64,000 nt of DNA from a bacterium (lineage in GTDB: Bacteria > SM23-31): assembly GCA_965249485.1 (NCBI GenBank), contig OZ252239.1, positions 1 to 64,000 of the forward strand, written 5' to 3'. The notes under the pieces are model-generated. The model worked only from the letters and a program-made list of their open reading frames with translations, made no database searches and was not told the DNA's origin. The translations under genes were made by a program, and so were the position numbers. Below, in pieces: positions 33,131-42,760 of this stretch (within the stretch, counting starts at the first letter, position 1; every line of letters begins with the position of its first letter).

Positions 33131-34576
33131 TCATTTTATAATGAATATCTCCTCATTAGGCGGTTGAATAAATTCAACGCCCTTACTGGTAATAATCTGA
33201 GGATTTGAAATGTTAAAGGCCAGAGGATAACCCGGCCTCTCAGCAATCCTCTTATGGACCATATATTCAAAAGCAAAGAGATGATTCTCCTGAATTTTCA
33301 AATGGTGTGTGAATGTTCGATGTGCCGCCATAGAAGGGCCTTCTGTCCTCGTGTCGAATTCAACTTCTCTGGTATCGATGGCATTATTAATCATACTGTG
33401 ATTATCAATGGAAAATCCCGGCTTATCAGTATTAGCGAGCACTCTCTGAATTATTTTATAGTCTTTTTCGCCAATATCGCTAAACGGTGTAAAGATATAA
33501 CCTGCATCTTCCATGGCTTTCACCATAGCAGCCAACGATTCCCCGGCAGTCATACCGACTCTCATATGAGGCCGCATAATCCATTGACCTGCTATCGCCA
33601 GATCAAAGACCTCCTGTAAAAAGGCGGGTACTTTTGTTTCCCCTTCTCTCAAAATATAGGCATGAATTTTCGTGTCGACCCCAAAGCCCATATAACTGCC
33701 CAAGGGGCTGCCTCCACCACCACCGACAAACAGATCACCTCTCTGTAAAACATAGTCAGGATCATTCAGAAACCTCCTGACATCCGGTTGAGATTTCAGT
33801 ACGGTTTTATCAGGTGTATTTACTGCCGAATAGTAAATACGGGCACCTATTTCACCTGCTGTCGTTACACCCGGTATAACCTGAGACAACCGTTGTTTAG
33901 AACGTTGGCGGGCCAATGCTAAAATTTCGACCTGTGCTGCCACCTCCCTGCTCGTTCTTCTTAACAGAAAATCTGAAATAATCCTTTCTGCGGACACTAT
34001 TCGCTGAGAATATTTCGGTCCAAGTATTTTTTGGAGCTTCAAAAATTGCGTATACGAAATACCATCGGATACTGGCAGAAAATCTGAATAATTAACGGCA
34101 ATTGTCTGCGGATCACGTTCAGCAACAAAATCTGTTATTTCGTTGAAGACTTCGGGGACCGAATATCCCTGACTCGGGTCAGAATTGTCATAATTGTAAC
34201 CGGCAAAGGCCCGTGCAACATTTTCAGATCCCCGTATGTCAATTTTTTCAACTGCTCCTGCGCTCCCGCCAAAATGAGCCCGCTCAATTTTATCTCCCAA
34301 GTCGGTAAAAATCAAATAACCCGATGTTTTTCCAAACTGCATAATCAATGGATCTTGACCACGTGTTACGTGTATCCACATGTCCACATTGTTGTCACGC
34401 ATAGCTCCCGGTAGAACAAGGTCAAGTTTGTCGTTTCTCATCAGGCGTAGCGCTTCTCTATCGGTATCCGGCGTTCGTTGTGGCAGCGGATCAATAATAT
34501 CTCTCCCTCGCTGTGCATTGACATTTGGTACTGCAAATATCACAGATAGTAATAATATCAGAACTCGAACTAACAT
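33131..34576 (-). CDS. Exported M24-like paralog P3, reduced metal site
   Basis: Same motifs as P2; start at ATG 34576 after GAGGAG. Confidence 0.82.
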   Translation of the reverse strand: MLVRVLILLLSVIFAVPNVNAQRGRDIIDPLPQRTPDTDREALRLMRNDKLDLVLPGAMRDNNVDMWIHVTRGQDPLIMQFGKTSGYLIFTDLGDKIERAHFGGSAGAVEKIDIRGSENVARAFAGYNYDNSDPSQGYSVPEVFNEITDFVAERDPQTIAVNYSDFLPVSDGISYTQFLKLQKILGPKYSQRIVSAERIISDFLLRRTSREVAAQVEILALARQRSKQRLSQVIPGVTTAGEIGARIYYSAVNTPDKTVLKSQPDVRRFLNDPDYVLQRGDLFVGGGGGSPLGSYMGFGVDTKIHAYILREGETKVPAFLQEVFDLAIAGQWIMRPHMRVGMTAGESLAAMVKAMEDAGYIFTPFSDIGEKDYKIIQRVLANTDKPGFSIDNHSMINNAIDTREVEFDTRTEGPSMAAHRTFTHHLKIQENHLFAFEYMVHKRIAERPGYPLAFNISNPQIITSKGVEFIQPPNEEIFIIK

Positions 34577-34680
34577 AATCCTCTCCTCAATCATTGATCA
34601 ACGACATTGTGCTATTATATTTAATTATTAATTATTCTAGTGTGATCTAACTTTGTAATGTTCTACTTTTCGCTTAAAAT

Positions 34681-36117
34681 TTAATGAATAAGTATTATTT
34701 CCTCATTGGGTGCCCTAAGAAATTCAACTCCCCGGCTGGTTACGATCTGAGGATTCGAAAAATTCATGGCAAGTGGAAAACCGGGTCTTTCAGGAATGTT
34801 CATGTGGACCATATATTCAAAAGCAAAAATGAAATTCTCCGGAATTTTTAGATGATGCGTGTTTACCCGAAATGGCGCCATTGAGGGTCCTTCTACTCTC
34901 AAGTTACCACCATTATTACCAAAAGAGTGATTGTCAATGGAAAATCCCGGCTTATCAGTATTAGCGAGTGCCTTCTGTATTATCTTATAATCTTCAGTGC
35001 CATTGTCTAAAAACGGAGTATATATATAGCCTGCATCTTCCATGGCTTTGACCATAGTATCCAAAGATTCCCCGGCGGTTATACCGACTTTCATATGTGG
35101 CCGTAAGATATCCAATGCTTGTATCCCCAGATCAAAGACTTTCTGAAAACTCTCAGGAACACTTGTTTCCCCTTCTCTCAGAATATATGCATGAACTTTA
35201 CTATCTGTCCCAAAGCCCATATATTTAAGATCAGTATTAAAAATGAAATAATCACCACGCTGAAGGACATAGTCAGGGTGACGGATCCACCATCTGACAT
35301 CTGGTGGTTCAATAGGTTCGGATACTGCAGAATAGTAAACCCGCAGGCCACCCGGTGACCATGTGCTATAATCTACTAAACCCCGCTTGAATGCCTCTTC
35401 ATTCGCCCACCAGGTTATATCTCCTATCGTCGTTACACCCGGCACGATACGGGATAAAGCCCGTGAAAAATTCTGACGATTCATTTCCACTGTATTGGTC
35501 ATTGCTGCTATTTCTCTAAGAGTCCTTCTTGAAAGAAAATCTGTAATGACATTCTCCGCCGAGACAATCCTCTCAGAATATTTTGGTCCTAATATCTTTT
35601 CCAATTTCAGATATTGGGTATAGGAAATCCCATCTGCTGCAGAAAGCCAATCGGAATAATTTACTGCAATTGTTTTCGGATCGCGTTCGGAAACAAATTC
35701 TGTTATTTCACCGTAGACTTCAGGAACCGAAAAACCCTGCCGGGGGTCTGAATTGTTATAATTATATCCATCAATAGCTCGTGAGATGTTGACTGAACCG
35801 TGTACATCAATATTTTCAACAGCTCCCGAACTACCAAACGCAGCGCGCTCAATTCTATCGCCCAGATCGGTAAAAATCAAATAACCTGAGGTTGATCCAA
35901 ATTGCTGAACCAGTGGATCTCTGCCACGAGCTACATGTATCCACATGTCCACATTGTTGTCACGCATGGCACCCGGCAAAATAAGATCAATTTTTTCATT
36001 TCGTAGAAGACGAAGTACTTCTCCGCCAGTCTTTGCCGTATGAACACCCGGCTGTGCATTAGCATTCGGGATTGCAAACATTACATAAATGAGTATCATC
36101 AAAACTCGATATAACAT
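34681..36117 (-). CDS. Exported M24-like paralog P4, reduced metal site
   Basis: Same family; FNTD..TDSKVH, IDNH, FAFEY, NFSNPQ; start at ATG 36117 after GAGGAG. Confidence 0.82.
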   Translation of the reverse strand: MLYRVLMILIYVMFAIPNANAQPGVHTAKTGGEVLRLLRNEKIDLILPGAMRDNNVDMWIHVARGRDPLVQQFGSTSGYLIFTDLGDRIERAAFGSSGAVENIDVHGSVNISRAIDGYNYNNSDPRQGFSVPEVYGEITEFVSERDPKTIAVNYSDWLSAADGISYTQYLKLEKILGPKYSERIVSAENVITDFLSRRTLREIAAMTNTVEMNRQNFSRALSRIVPGVTTIGDITWWANEEAFKRGLVDYSTWSPGGLRVYYSAVSEPIEPPDVRWWIRHPDYVLQRGDYFIFNTDLKYMGFGTDSKVHAYILREGETSVPESFQKVFDLGIQALDILRPHMKVGITAGESLDTMVKAMEDAGYIYTPFLDNGTEDYKIIQKALANTDKPGFSIDNHSFGNNGGNLRVEGPSMAPFRVNTHHLKIPENFIFAFEYMVHMNIPERPGFPLAMNFSNPQIVTSRGVEFLRAPNEEIILIH

Positions 36118-36202
36118 AGCCTTGCTCCTCATTGTGGTACAATGTTGAATTTTTTATATTTATTTGTGATTTGCTTCGATTATTATAATTTACGTATAAG
36201 AT

Positions 36203-37618
36203 TTATTTGATTAGAATAACTCCTTCATTTGGCATCTGAATATTTTCAACACCCTTACTGGTTATAATTTGAGGATTGGAAATATTAAACATTAATGGAT
36301 AACCGGGTCGTTCATCAATATTTTTGTGTACCATATATTCAAACGCAAAGAAGTGGTCCTCCTGAATTTTTAAATGGTGCGTAAATTTGCGGAATGGGCC
36401 CATAGAGGTCCCTTCTGTCCTAACATCGACTTCAACTTCCCCGGTTTCGATGCGATTATTAATCATACTGTGATTATCGATGGAAAATCCCGGTTTATCG
36501 GTATTAGCAAGCACTCTCCGGACCATTTCACCGTCTTTTCGACCATTATCGGTAAACGGTGTATAGATATAGCCCGCATCTTCCATGGCTTTGACCATTG
36601 CTGCCAACGATTCCCCACCGGTCATGCCGACTCTCATATGGGGCCGCATAATTTTTTGACCTGCTATTGCCAGATCATAGACCTCCTGCAAAAATTCAGG
36701 CATTTCTGATTCACCTTCTCTCAGAATATAAGCATACGTTTTTGTATCAACATCCATGTCCATATACTTACCCGAAGGCCCGCCTCTATAACCGCCATGA
36801 AATAAATCACCCCGCTGCAATATGTAGTCACGAGAGCGTGTCTCGGACATGCTTGCTGTTGCCGAAAAGATAACACTGGCTCCTACATCCCGTACCCTTG
36901 ATTTTCCCGGAATGATTTTCCGTAAATTTCCTAAAACACGCTGACGTGCCAGTGCTAATATTTCGACCTGTGCCGCTACTTCTCTACTCGTCCTTCTTAC
37001 CAGAAAATCGTTAATAACATTTTGAGCAGAGATAATCCTTGCGGAATATTTCGACCCCAGTATTCTTTGCAGTTTCAAAAATTGTGTGTGCGAAATACCA
37101 TCAGAAACTACAAGAAAATCAGAATAATTGACGGCTATTGTCTGTGGATCGCGTTCGGCAACAAATTCTGTTATTTCGTCGTAGACTTCGGGAACCGAAT
37201 ATCCCTGACTTGGGTCGGAATTGTCATAATTATAACCTGCAAATGCCCGCGCGACATCTTCAGAACCCCGTACATCAATGTTTTCAACAGCTCCTGAACT
37301 CCCGCCAAAATGAGCCCGCTCAATCCTGTCTCCCAAATCAGTAAAAATCAAATATCCGGAGGTCTTTCCAAATTGCACCATCAATGGATCTTGACCGCGC
37401 GTAACATGTATCCACATGTCTACGTTATTGTCACGCATAGCTCCCGGCAGAACAAGATCAAGTTTATCATTTCGCATGAGGCGAAGCGCTTCCCTGTCGG
37501 ACTCTGCCGTACGTGCCGGCAAGGGATCTATAATAGCTAAACTTTGTTCTTGCTGTGCAAGAGCATTTGGTACTGCAAACGTCACAAATACGAGCATAAT
37601 AATAATTTTTGATAACAT
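36203..37618 (-). CDS. Exported M24-like paralog P5, reduced metal site
   Basis: Closest to P3 (REALRLMRNDKL, NYDNSDPSQGYSVPEV, IDNHSMINN, FNISNPQ). Confidence 0.82.
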   Translation of the reverse strand: MLSKIIIMLVFVTFAVPNALAQQEQSLAIIDPLPARTAESDREALRLMRNDKLDLVLPGAMRDNNVDMWIHVTRGQDPLMVQFGKTSGYLIFTDLGDRIERAHFGGSSGAVENIDVRGSEDVARAFAGYNYDNSDPSQGYSVPEVYDEITEFVAERDPQTIAVNYSDFLVVSDGISHTQFLKLQRILGSKYSARIISAQNVINDFLVRRTSREVAAQVEILALARQRVLGNLRKIIPGKSRVRDVGASVIFSATASMSETRSRDYILQRGDLFHGGYRGGPSGKYMDMDVDTKTYAYILREGESEMPEFLQEVYDLAIAGQKIMRPHMRVGMTGGESLAAMVKAMEDAGYIYTPFTDNGRKDGEMVRRVLANTDKPGFSIDNHSMINNRIETGEVEVDVRTEGTSMGPFRKFTHHLKIQEDHFFAFEYMVHKNIDERPGYPLMFNISNPQIITSKGVENIQMPNEGVILIK

Positions 37619-37721
37619 TATATTCTCCTCATTTATTTAATAGTGTCTCATTATTAATGTCTGCCTGATTGTTGCTTCGAGCATTGCCAGATTCTATAAT
37701 GTCACGCATGAAGCCGCAGGA

Positions 37722-39131
37722 TCAGTGGATCAGTAAAATTTTTTCATTCGGTGGATGAAGAAATTCAACTCCCCGGCTGGATACAATGTGATTTCCTTCT
37801 ATATTAATCCTAAGTGGATAACTAGGTCTTTCTGGAATGTTCGTATTAGTAATAAACTCAAAAGAAAAAAGATGATTCTCCGGAATGATCAAATGATCCC
37901 TGTCCGATCTGAATGGGGCAATCGAGGGTCCGACTGTCACAAGACTTCCACCATGATGACCCTGGCTGTGAAGGTCAATGGATATTCCAGTCTTATCAGT
38001 ATTAGCCAATGCCTTCAGAACCATTTCGTGGTCTTCAGGCCCACTATCGACATACGGAGTATATATATAGCCGGCGTCTTCAAGGGCTGAGACGATGGCT
38101 TTCAATGTTTCCCCGGCTGTTCTGCCGACTTTTACATTTTCACGAATAATATCACGGGCTGCCAATGAGCGGTCAAAGCCATGCTGTAAACTCTGCGGAA
38201 TACTTGTTTCTCCTTTGCGTAAAATATATGCATTACGCTTATAATCTGTCGAAAAATAGTCTAGATATCGAACTCCATTATCAAATTGTAGGAAATCACC
38301 ACGTTGTAACACATATTGAGGAGAACCTGTCACTGATCGATCGGAAACTGCTGAATAGATAACTACGGGAGTACCTACTCCGGTACTATATCCTCGAGTC
38401 AGACCTCTCTTGAAAAACTCTTCTTTAACCCACCAGCCAACATCTTCACGTGTTGTCACTCCGGGTGTAATAACCTCATTCGATAAAGAGCGTTCGAGAA
38501 TCTGACGGTGCACTTCCACTGAATTTGTCATTACAGCTACTTCCCTGAGCGTCCTTCTAGTCCTGAACTCGGTAATAAGGTTCTCTGCTGAGATTATTCG
38601 TGCAGAATACTTTTGTCCCAGTATCTTTTCCAGTTTTACATATTGAGAATGAGAAATACCGTCAGCAATAGCGAGCCAATCGGATGTATTGACTGCGATC
38701 GTTTTCGGATCACGTTCGGTAACAAAATCTCTCAATTCATTGTAGACAGAGAAATCCTGCGTTCGATAATTGTATCCAGAAATAGCGCGCGCAATGTCGC
38801 GAGAGCCTCGTATATCAATGTTTTCGACAGCTCCGCCACTGCCAAAAACGGCTCGCTCGATCCTGTCACCCAGGTTTGTAAAAATCAGATAACCCGACGT
38901 AGATCCAAAATTCTCAACCATTGGATCAGGATCTCCTGAACGAGTGACGTGAATCCACATGTCTACATTATTGTCGCGCATGACCCCAGGCAAAATAAGG
39001 TCAAGTTTTTCATTGCGAATCAAGCGGAGGACTTCCCCACCTGTCCTTGCTGTATGTACTCCCGGCTGTGCATTGGCAAAAGGTACCATGAGTATCATAG
39101 CAATTAAAAATACCATAACTCGAAATAGCAT
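37722..39131 (-). CDS. Exported M24-like paralog P6, complete metal site
   Basis: RGDFLQFDNG..STDYKR, DLHSQGHH, FSFEF, INIEGN supply the D,D,H,E,E ligands. Confidence 0.87.
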   Translation of the reverse strand: MLFRVMVFLIAMILMVPFANAQPGVHTARTGGEVLRLIRNEKLDLILPGVMRDNNVDMWIHVTRSGDPDPMVENFGSTSGYLIFTNLGDRIERAVFGSGGAVENIDIRGSRDIARAISGYNYRTQDFSVYNELRDFVTERDPKTIAVNTSDWLAIADGISHSQYVKLEKILGQKYSARIISAENLITEFRTRRTLREVAVMTNSVEVHRQILERSLSNEVITPGVTTREDVGWWVKEEFFKRGLTRGYSTGVGTPVVIYSAVSDRSVTGSPQYVLQRGDFLQFDNGVRYLDYFSTDYKRNAYILRKGETSIPQSLQHGFDRSLAARDIIRENVKVGRTAGETLKAIVSALEDAGYIYTPYVDSGPEDHEMVLKALANTDKTGISIDLHSQGHHGGSLVTVGPSIAPFRSDRDHLIIPENHLFSFEFITNTNIPERPSYPLRINIEGNHIVSSRGVEFLHPPNEKILLIH

Positions 39132-39231
39132 GACATTCTCCTCATTTGAATCCTGGTGATAAATATTATTTTAGGCATTTGACTTTTACAAAGATTTGAT
39201 GATCTTTTACATTAAGGCAATTCAACGCTTA

Positions 39232-40418
39232 CTATAAATCCCCGACATTAATTTCTCTGTCACTAAATTGAAGCTTTTCAATATTAATAAGAATATTATA
39301 ACCGTCTCGCATGAAATTCATACCTTCCACTATCACTCTTCCATCCTGTTTATGCACGATGAAATCCTCACGATTACTGGAAAATACAGCAACATCATTA
39401 CCCTGACCGCCATCAACAACGTCTGAACCTGCCATTGGTGTAATTACATTATCGCCGCTAGGTTGTTATCTTCATCATTTCCGGTCAGATTTGAATCATT
39501 ACGACCGGTCAGCATCGCTTTTTTAATATACTGAGCAGTATCAGTATAGGTAGAATTCTCGTCACGGGTTAACGAAAACGTACCATCAAATTCTTCCGCG
39601 ATTCTTGCAGTAAACAACCAATGCGTACCCAAAAAACCTTCCACAAGATCGTACATCGCCGGATCAAGGGCTTTCAACTTAAAGTTATCCAGGGGGATAT
39701 ATTCTCCCCCCCGTGTCCCGGTACCGGTTGGATCATGTTTGAAAAAATCAAAATAAGCTTCCATTCCGCAGATCCAGTATTCACCCGTTGTGTTCCGATT
39801 GTACAGACCTTTCGCTCTGGCTTTATCGTGTGCGTCATTCAAATCACGATTAAAAGTGGGGTGCGCTGTCCGAAGTCCAAATCGATCGACATAGTGCATG
39901 ATCTCTTCATAGGTAGCATCACGTACCGGATCGTCTATCATGTACAGTTCGGTACCTTCAGGGATGGGCGGTGGTGTATGCTGAGCCTGTGTTTTAATAC
40001 CCGATTCCAAAAAACTTTTTGCATCGGTTCTCATGGAAGTTCGGTTAATATAAAATGCCATTATTGAATTTTGATCTGCCAGTGCATTTGCTACAGTAGT
40101 TTTATCACTGCCATACAGTGATCCCGGAACGTTCGTCAAATGATTCACAAGTACTTTTCGCGCATGGACAATTTTATCATCGGAAATACCCGGCTGCACT
40201 ACAATATGAATCGGTTTCCCATTTGGGGCATACACCTTGGTATATTTGACAAAAACTTTGAAAACATTGTCAACATCATCCGGCATATCCACGACTCCGG
40301 TTTTTGATTTGGAAATGTCTATATCAGGAAGTACCGGCAGATTTTGGGCAAATATGTTACCGAAGTTTATTAATACCGATGATAAGAAAAAAAACACTAT
40401 AATTAGTCTTGATACCAT
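39232..40418 (-). pseudogene. EExxH zincin-like protein with RTX tail, frameshifted near 39460
   Basis: RDATYEEIMH, GEYW; NDEDNNL shifts frame to SGDNVITPMAGSDVVDGGQGND, matching the tail of paralog 40470..41705; the catalytic part could still be translated. Confidence 0.75.
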
Positions 40419-40469
40419 GGTATCCTCCACTCATTAGAAAGTTAATTATTGAACATAGTTAATCTATGT

Positions 40470-41705
40470 TTAAAGGTTTACTTTTCGATCACGAAATTGA
40501 AGAAATTCAATGCCGGTTAGTTCATCGTTTCCATCCTGGTTTACACGCTTATCCTTGACTGTTGTATATCCATCTTTCTTCATAATAGTATAATCATCAT
40601 AAGCACCCCAGTATAATGCTGTATCATCCCCTTCACCTCCGAAGAGCTGATCATCTCCTTTTCCACCTTTCAGTATATTATTACCAGCATTACCTGTTAA
40701 TACGTTGTCATAGGCATTTCCCGTGAGATTTGCATCATTGCTGCCCCTCAGTGTCACATTTTTGAGGTGCTGTGATTTATACGTATAAACCAGGTGCGGA
40801 TCAAGTTTAATCGAAAATGTGCCTTCAAAATCTAAAGGCAGCAGCGGCGTATACGTCAAGTACGGATGAAAGAAATACGTCAGTAGTTCATATCCAGCCG
40901 GGTCGGCTTTCAACAACTGAGCCCGGTTGTTTGCTATATGGAGTCCCCATGCATAAGCTTGTCTCTCCATTCCAGCGGGTGTCTGGTCTCTACCTTCCCA
41001 TCTTGTTCCCGGTACTACCCATAGATCGAGGTAAATATCAAGTTGTGCAGCAAAATATTCATTCGGACTGTATTTATGGCCATCATCACCGGGATCATAC
41101 TTCCCCGCAGCAAGATAAGCCTCATGTGCTGCGACGATCTTCGCCTGAAATTCCGGCAGAGCGTTCATGATACCCCTGCGCTGTACCAAATGGAGAACTT
41201 CTTCGAACGTAGCATCCCGGGTAATTTGGTTCATGTAATTGTCACTGCCTTCAACGGTTATTTCATTCGCCCACATACTTTGGAGAGCCATGTCGGTTGC
41301 ACTTCTTAACCCTTCCCGTGCTTCCCGAGCCTCAACAGAAGTGTTATAGAGTGTCATTGTAGATTTTCTGTCTGACATAGCATTGGCGACTGCTTCTTTA
41401 CTACTGCCATATTGAAAGTAGGGGTAATCGGCTAGAAAGTACTCCATAACATTTTTTGCTTTAAAAATCTTATCATCAGTCCAGGCATCCTGAGCAATGA
41501 AGTGAATGGGCTTGCCGTTTGGCGCGATTATTTTTGTGTATCTCGTGAATAAATCAGTAAATACAGATGGCGTGTTCGCAGGCAATGGAACAATGCCATT
41601 GGGAGAACCTGAGATGTCAATATCAGGCAAGGTAACAACCTGCGCATTGGCAAATGGTACTGTAAACATCGCAGATACTAAAAAAATCACGGCTCGAAAA
41701 TTCAT
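40470..41705 (-). CDS. Exported EExxH zincin-like protein with C-terminal hemolysin-type Ca-binding (RTX) repeats
   Basis: Start ATG 41705 (MNFRAV..VPFANAQ) after AGGAAAGG; APNGKPIH, RDATFEEVLH, NEYFAA; LTGNAYDNVLTGNAGNNILKGGKGDDQLFGGEGDD; IEFLQFRD. Confidence 0.8.
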   Translation of the reverse strand: MNFRAVIFLVSAMFTVPFANAQVVTLPDIDISGSPNGIVPLPANTPSVFTDLFTRYTKIIAPNGKPIHFIAQDAWTDDKIFKAKNVMEYFLADYPYFQYGSSKEAVANAMSDRKSTMTLYNTSVEAREAREGLRSATDMALQSMWANEITVEGSDNYMNQITRDATFEEVLHLVQRRGIMNALPEFQAKIVAAHEAYLAAGKYDPGDDGHKYSPNEYFAAQLDIYLDLWVVPGTRWEGRDQTPAGMERQAYAWGLHIANNRAQLLKADPAGYELLTYFFHPYLTYTPLLPLDFEGTFSIKLDPHLVYTYKSQHLKNVTLRGSNDANLTGNAYDNVLTGNAGNNILKGGKGDDQLFGGEGDDTALYWGAYDDYTIMKKDGYTTVKDKRVNQDGNDELTGIEFLQFRDRKVNL

Positions 41706-41990
41706 AATTTTTCCTTTCCTGAAAAACGGTGATAATTTGTCAAGTTGTAATTGAGATATCTTCCATACCAATCCTCTAAAAGAGATTAAGGTGGGATTGA
41801 GTAGATATATGGATGTTAATTTTTTATATATGTTGGGAATGGGATTGGTTACAGTAATGCCCGATTGCATCCTGAAATCATAAGGTATTGTTAAAAGAAG
41901 CCATAAAGTCGACACATTGTTTATGACCTCACCTCTGAGAATGTGTCATATAATGAGTTCGATGATTTTAGAATTGTATCATACCATCAG

Positions 41991-42284
41991 CTATCCAATT
42001 CTATATATTTCCCGGAATCCGCCATCAACCAATTCAGTGTATCCTTTCATTGCTTCACCTAATTCCGGTTTCAAGCTTATCTGTTTTGCCATATCGACAT
42101 ACCCATTCAAGTCATCAACTTCACTCTGAATAACGACCGTCCAGAACGTTGCCACAACATCTGTCATCACCTGTGTGTTTTTTACACCGAATTCAGGCAA
42201 ATATTCTGCGCCTTTTTTAAATTTTTCAACCAGTTCACGAGCCTTCGCTGGTTTGGCATGAAATACATTCCTCACTAAAAACAT
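41991..42284 (-). CDS. Small protein, probable dimeric alpha/beta-barrel (NIPSNAP-like)
   Basis: RNVFHAKP..VMTDVVATFWTVV..GYTELVDGGFREIY; RBS AGGAG. Confidence 0.65.
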   Translation of the reverse strand: MFLVRNVFHAKPAKARELVEKFKKGAEYLPEFGVKNTQVMTDVVATFWTVVIQSEVDDLNGYVDMAKQISLKPELGEAMKGYTELVDGGFREIYRIG

Positions 42285-42760
42285 AGTGCTGTTCTCCTGT
42301 TGATTAGTGCATTTTTTTGTTTACAAATATTAAATATAATAACATAATTCTAATATAGTATCACAAATCTTTTTATAATGACTACTAATTTATTTATAAC
42401 TATTATTAACTCTTGTAAGATGAATATTGAAAGCACATTTAATACGTTAGTCGGAGTATAATAGTATCTGAAAATTCTAATGCATAGTATGGGAGTGGGC
42501 AATTGAAGATTTAGACGACATTCTGAGCAGATGTTTTTTGAGAAGAAATGTGCAACAAATGTAATTGGGATTTCTTATTTCATATTTTTCTTGCAAAACA
42601 TGTCTTGAGTTGTTATTGTTCAAACAACACTTCATAATGTAACTCTGACATAACCTGTTCTCCAACATAAAAAAATCATATAGCATGCTCGTCTGAATTT
42701 TAAATGATAAAATTGAACTACACTGTAAATTGTTGAATTACAAAATAGGAGAAAATCAGA

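Noticed and set aside
30031..39131. Diversity-generating retroelement or invertase shufflon behind the paralog variation
   Set aside because: No reverse transcriptase or recombinase in the window, no adenine-specific TR/VR pair, and all copies are co-oriented and diverged throughout
40470..41915. Extended ORF-track starts (41915, 50882, 53233, 55099, 18932, 34594, 36132)
   Set aside because: Internal ATGs fit better, based on RBS position and signal-peptide or family N-termini
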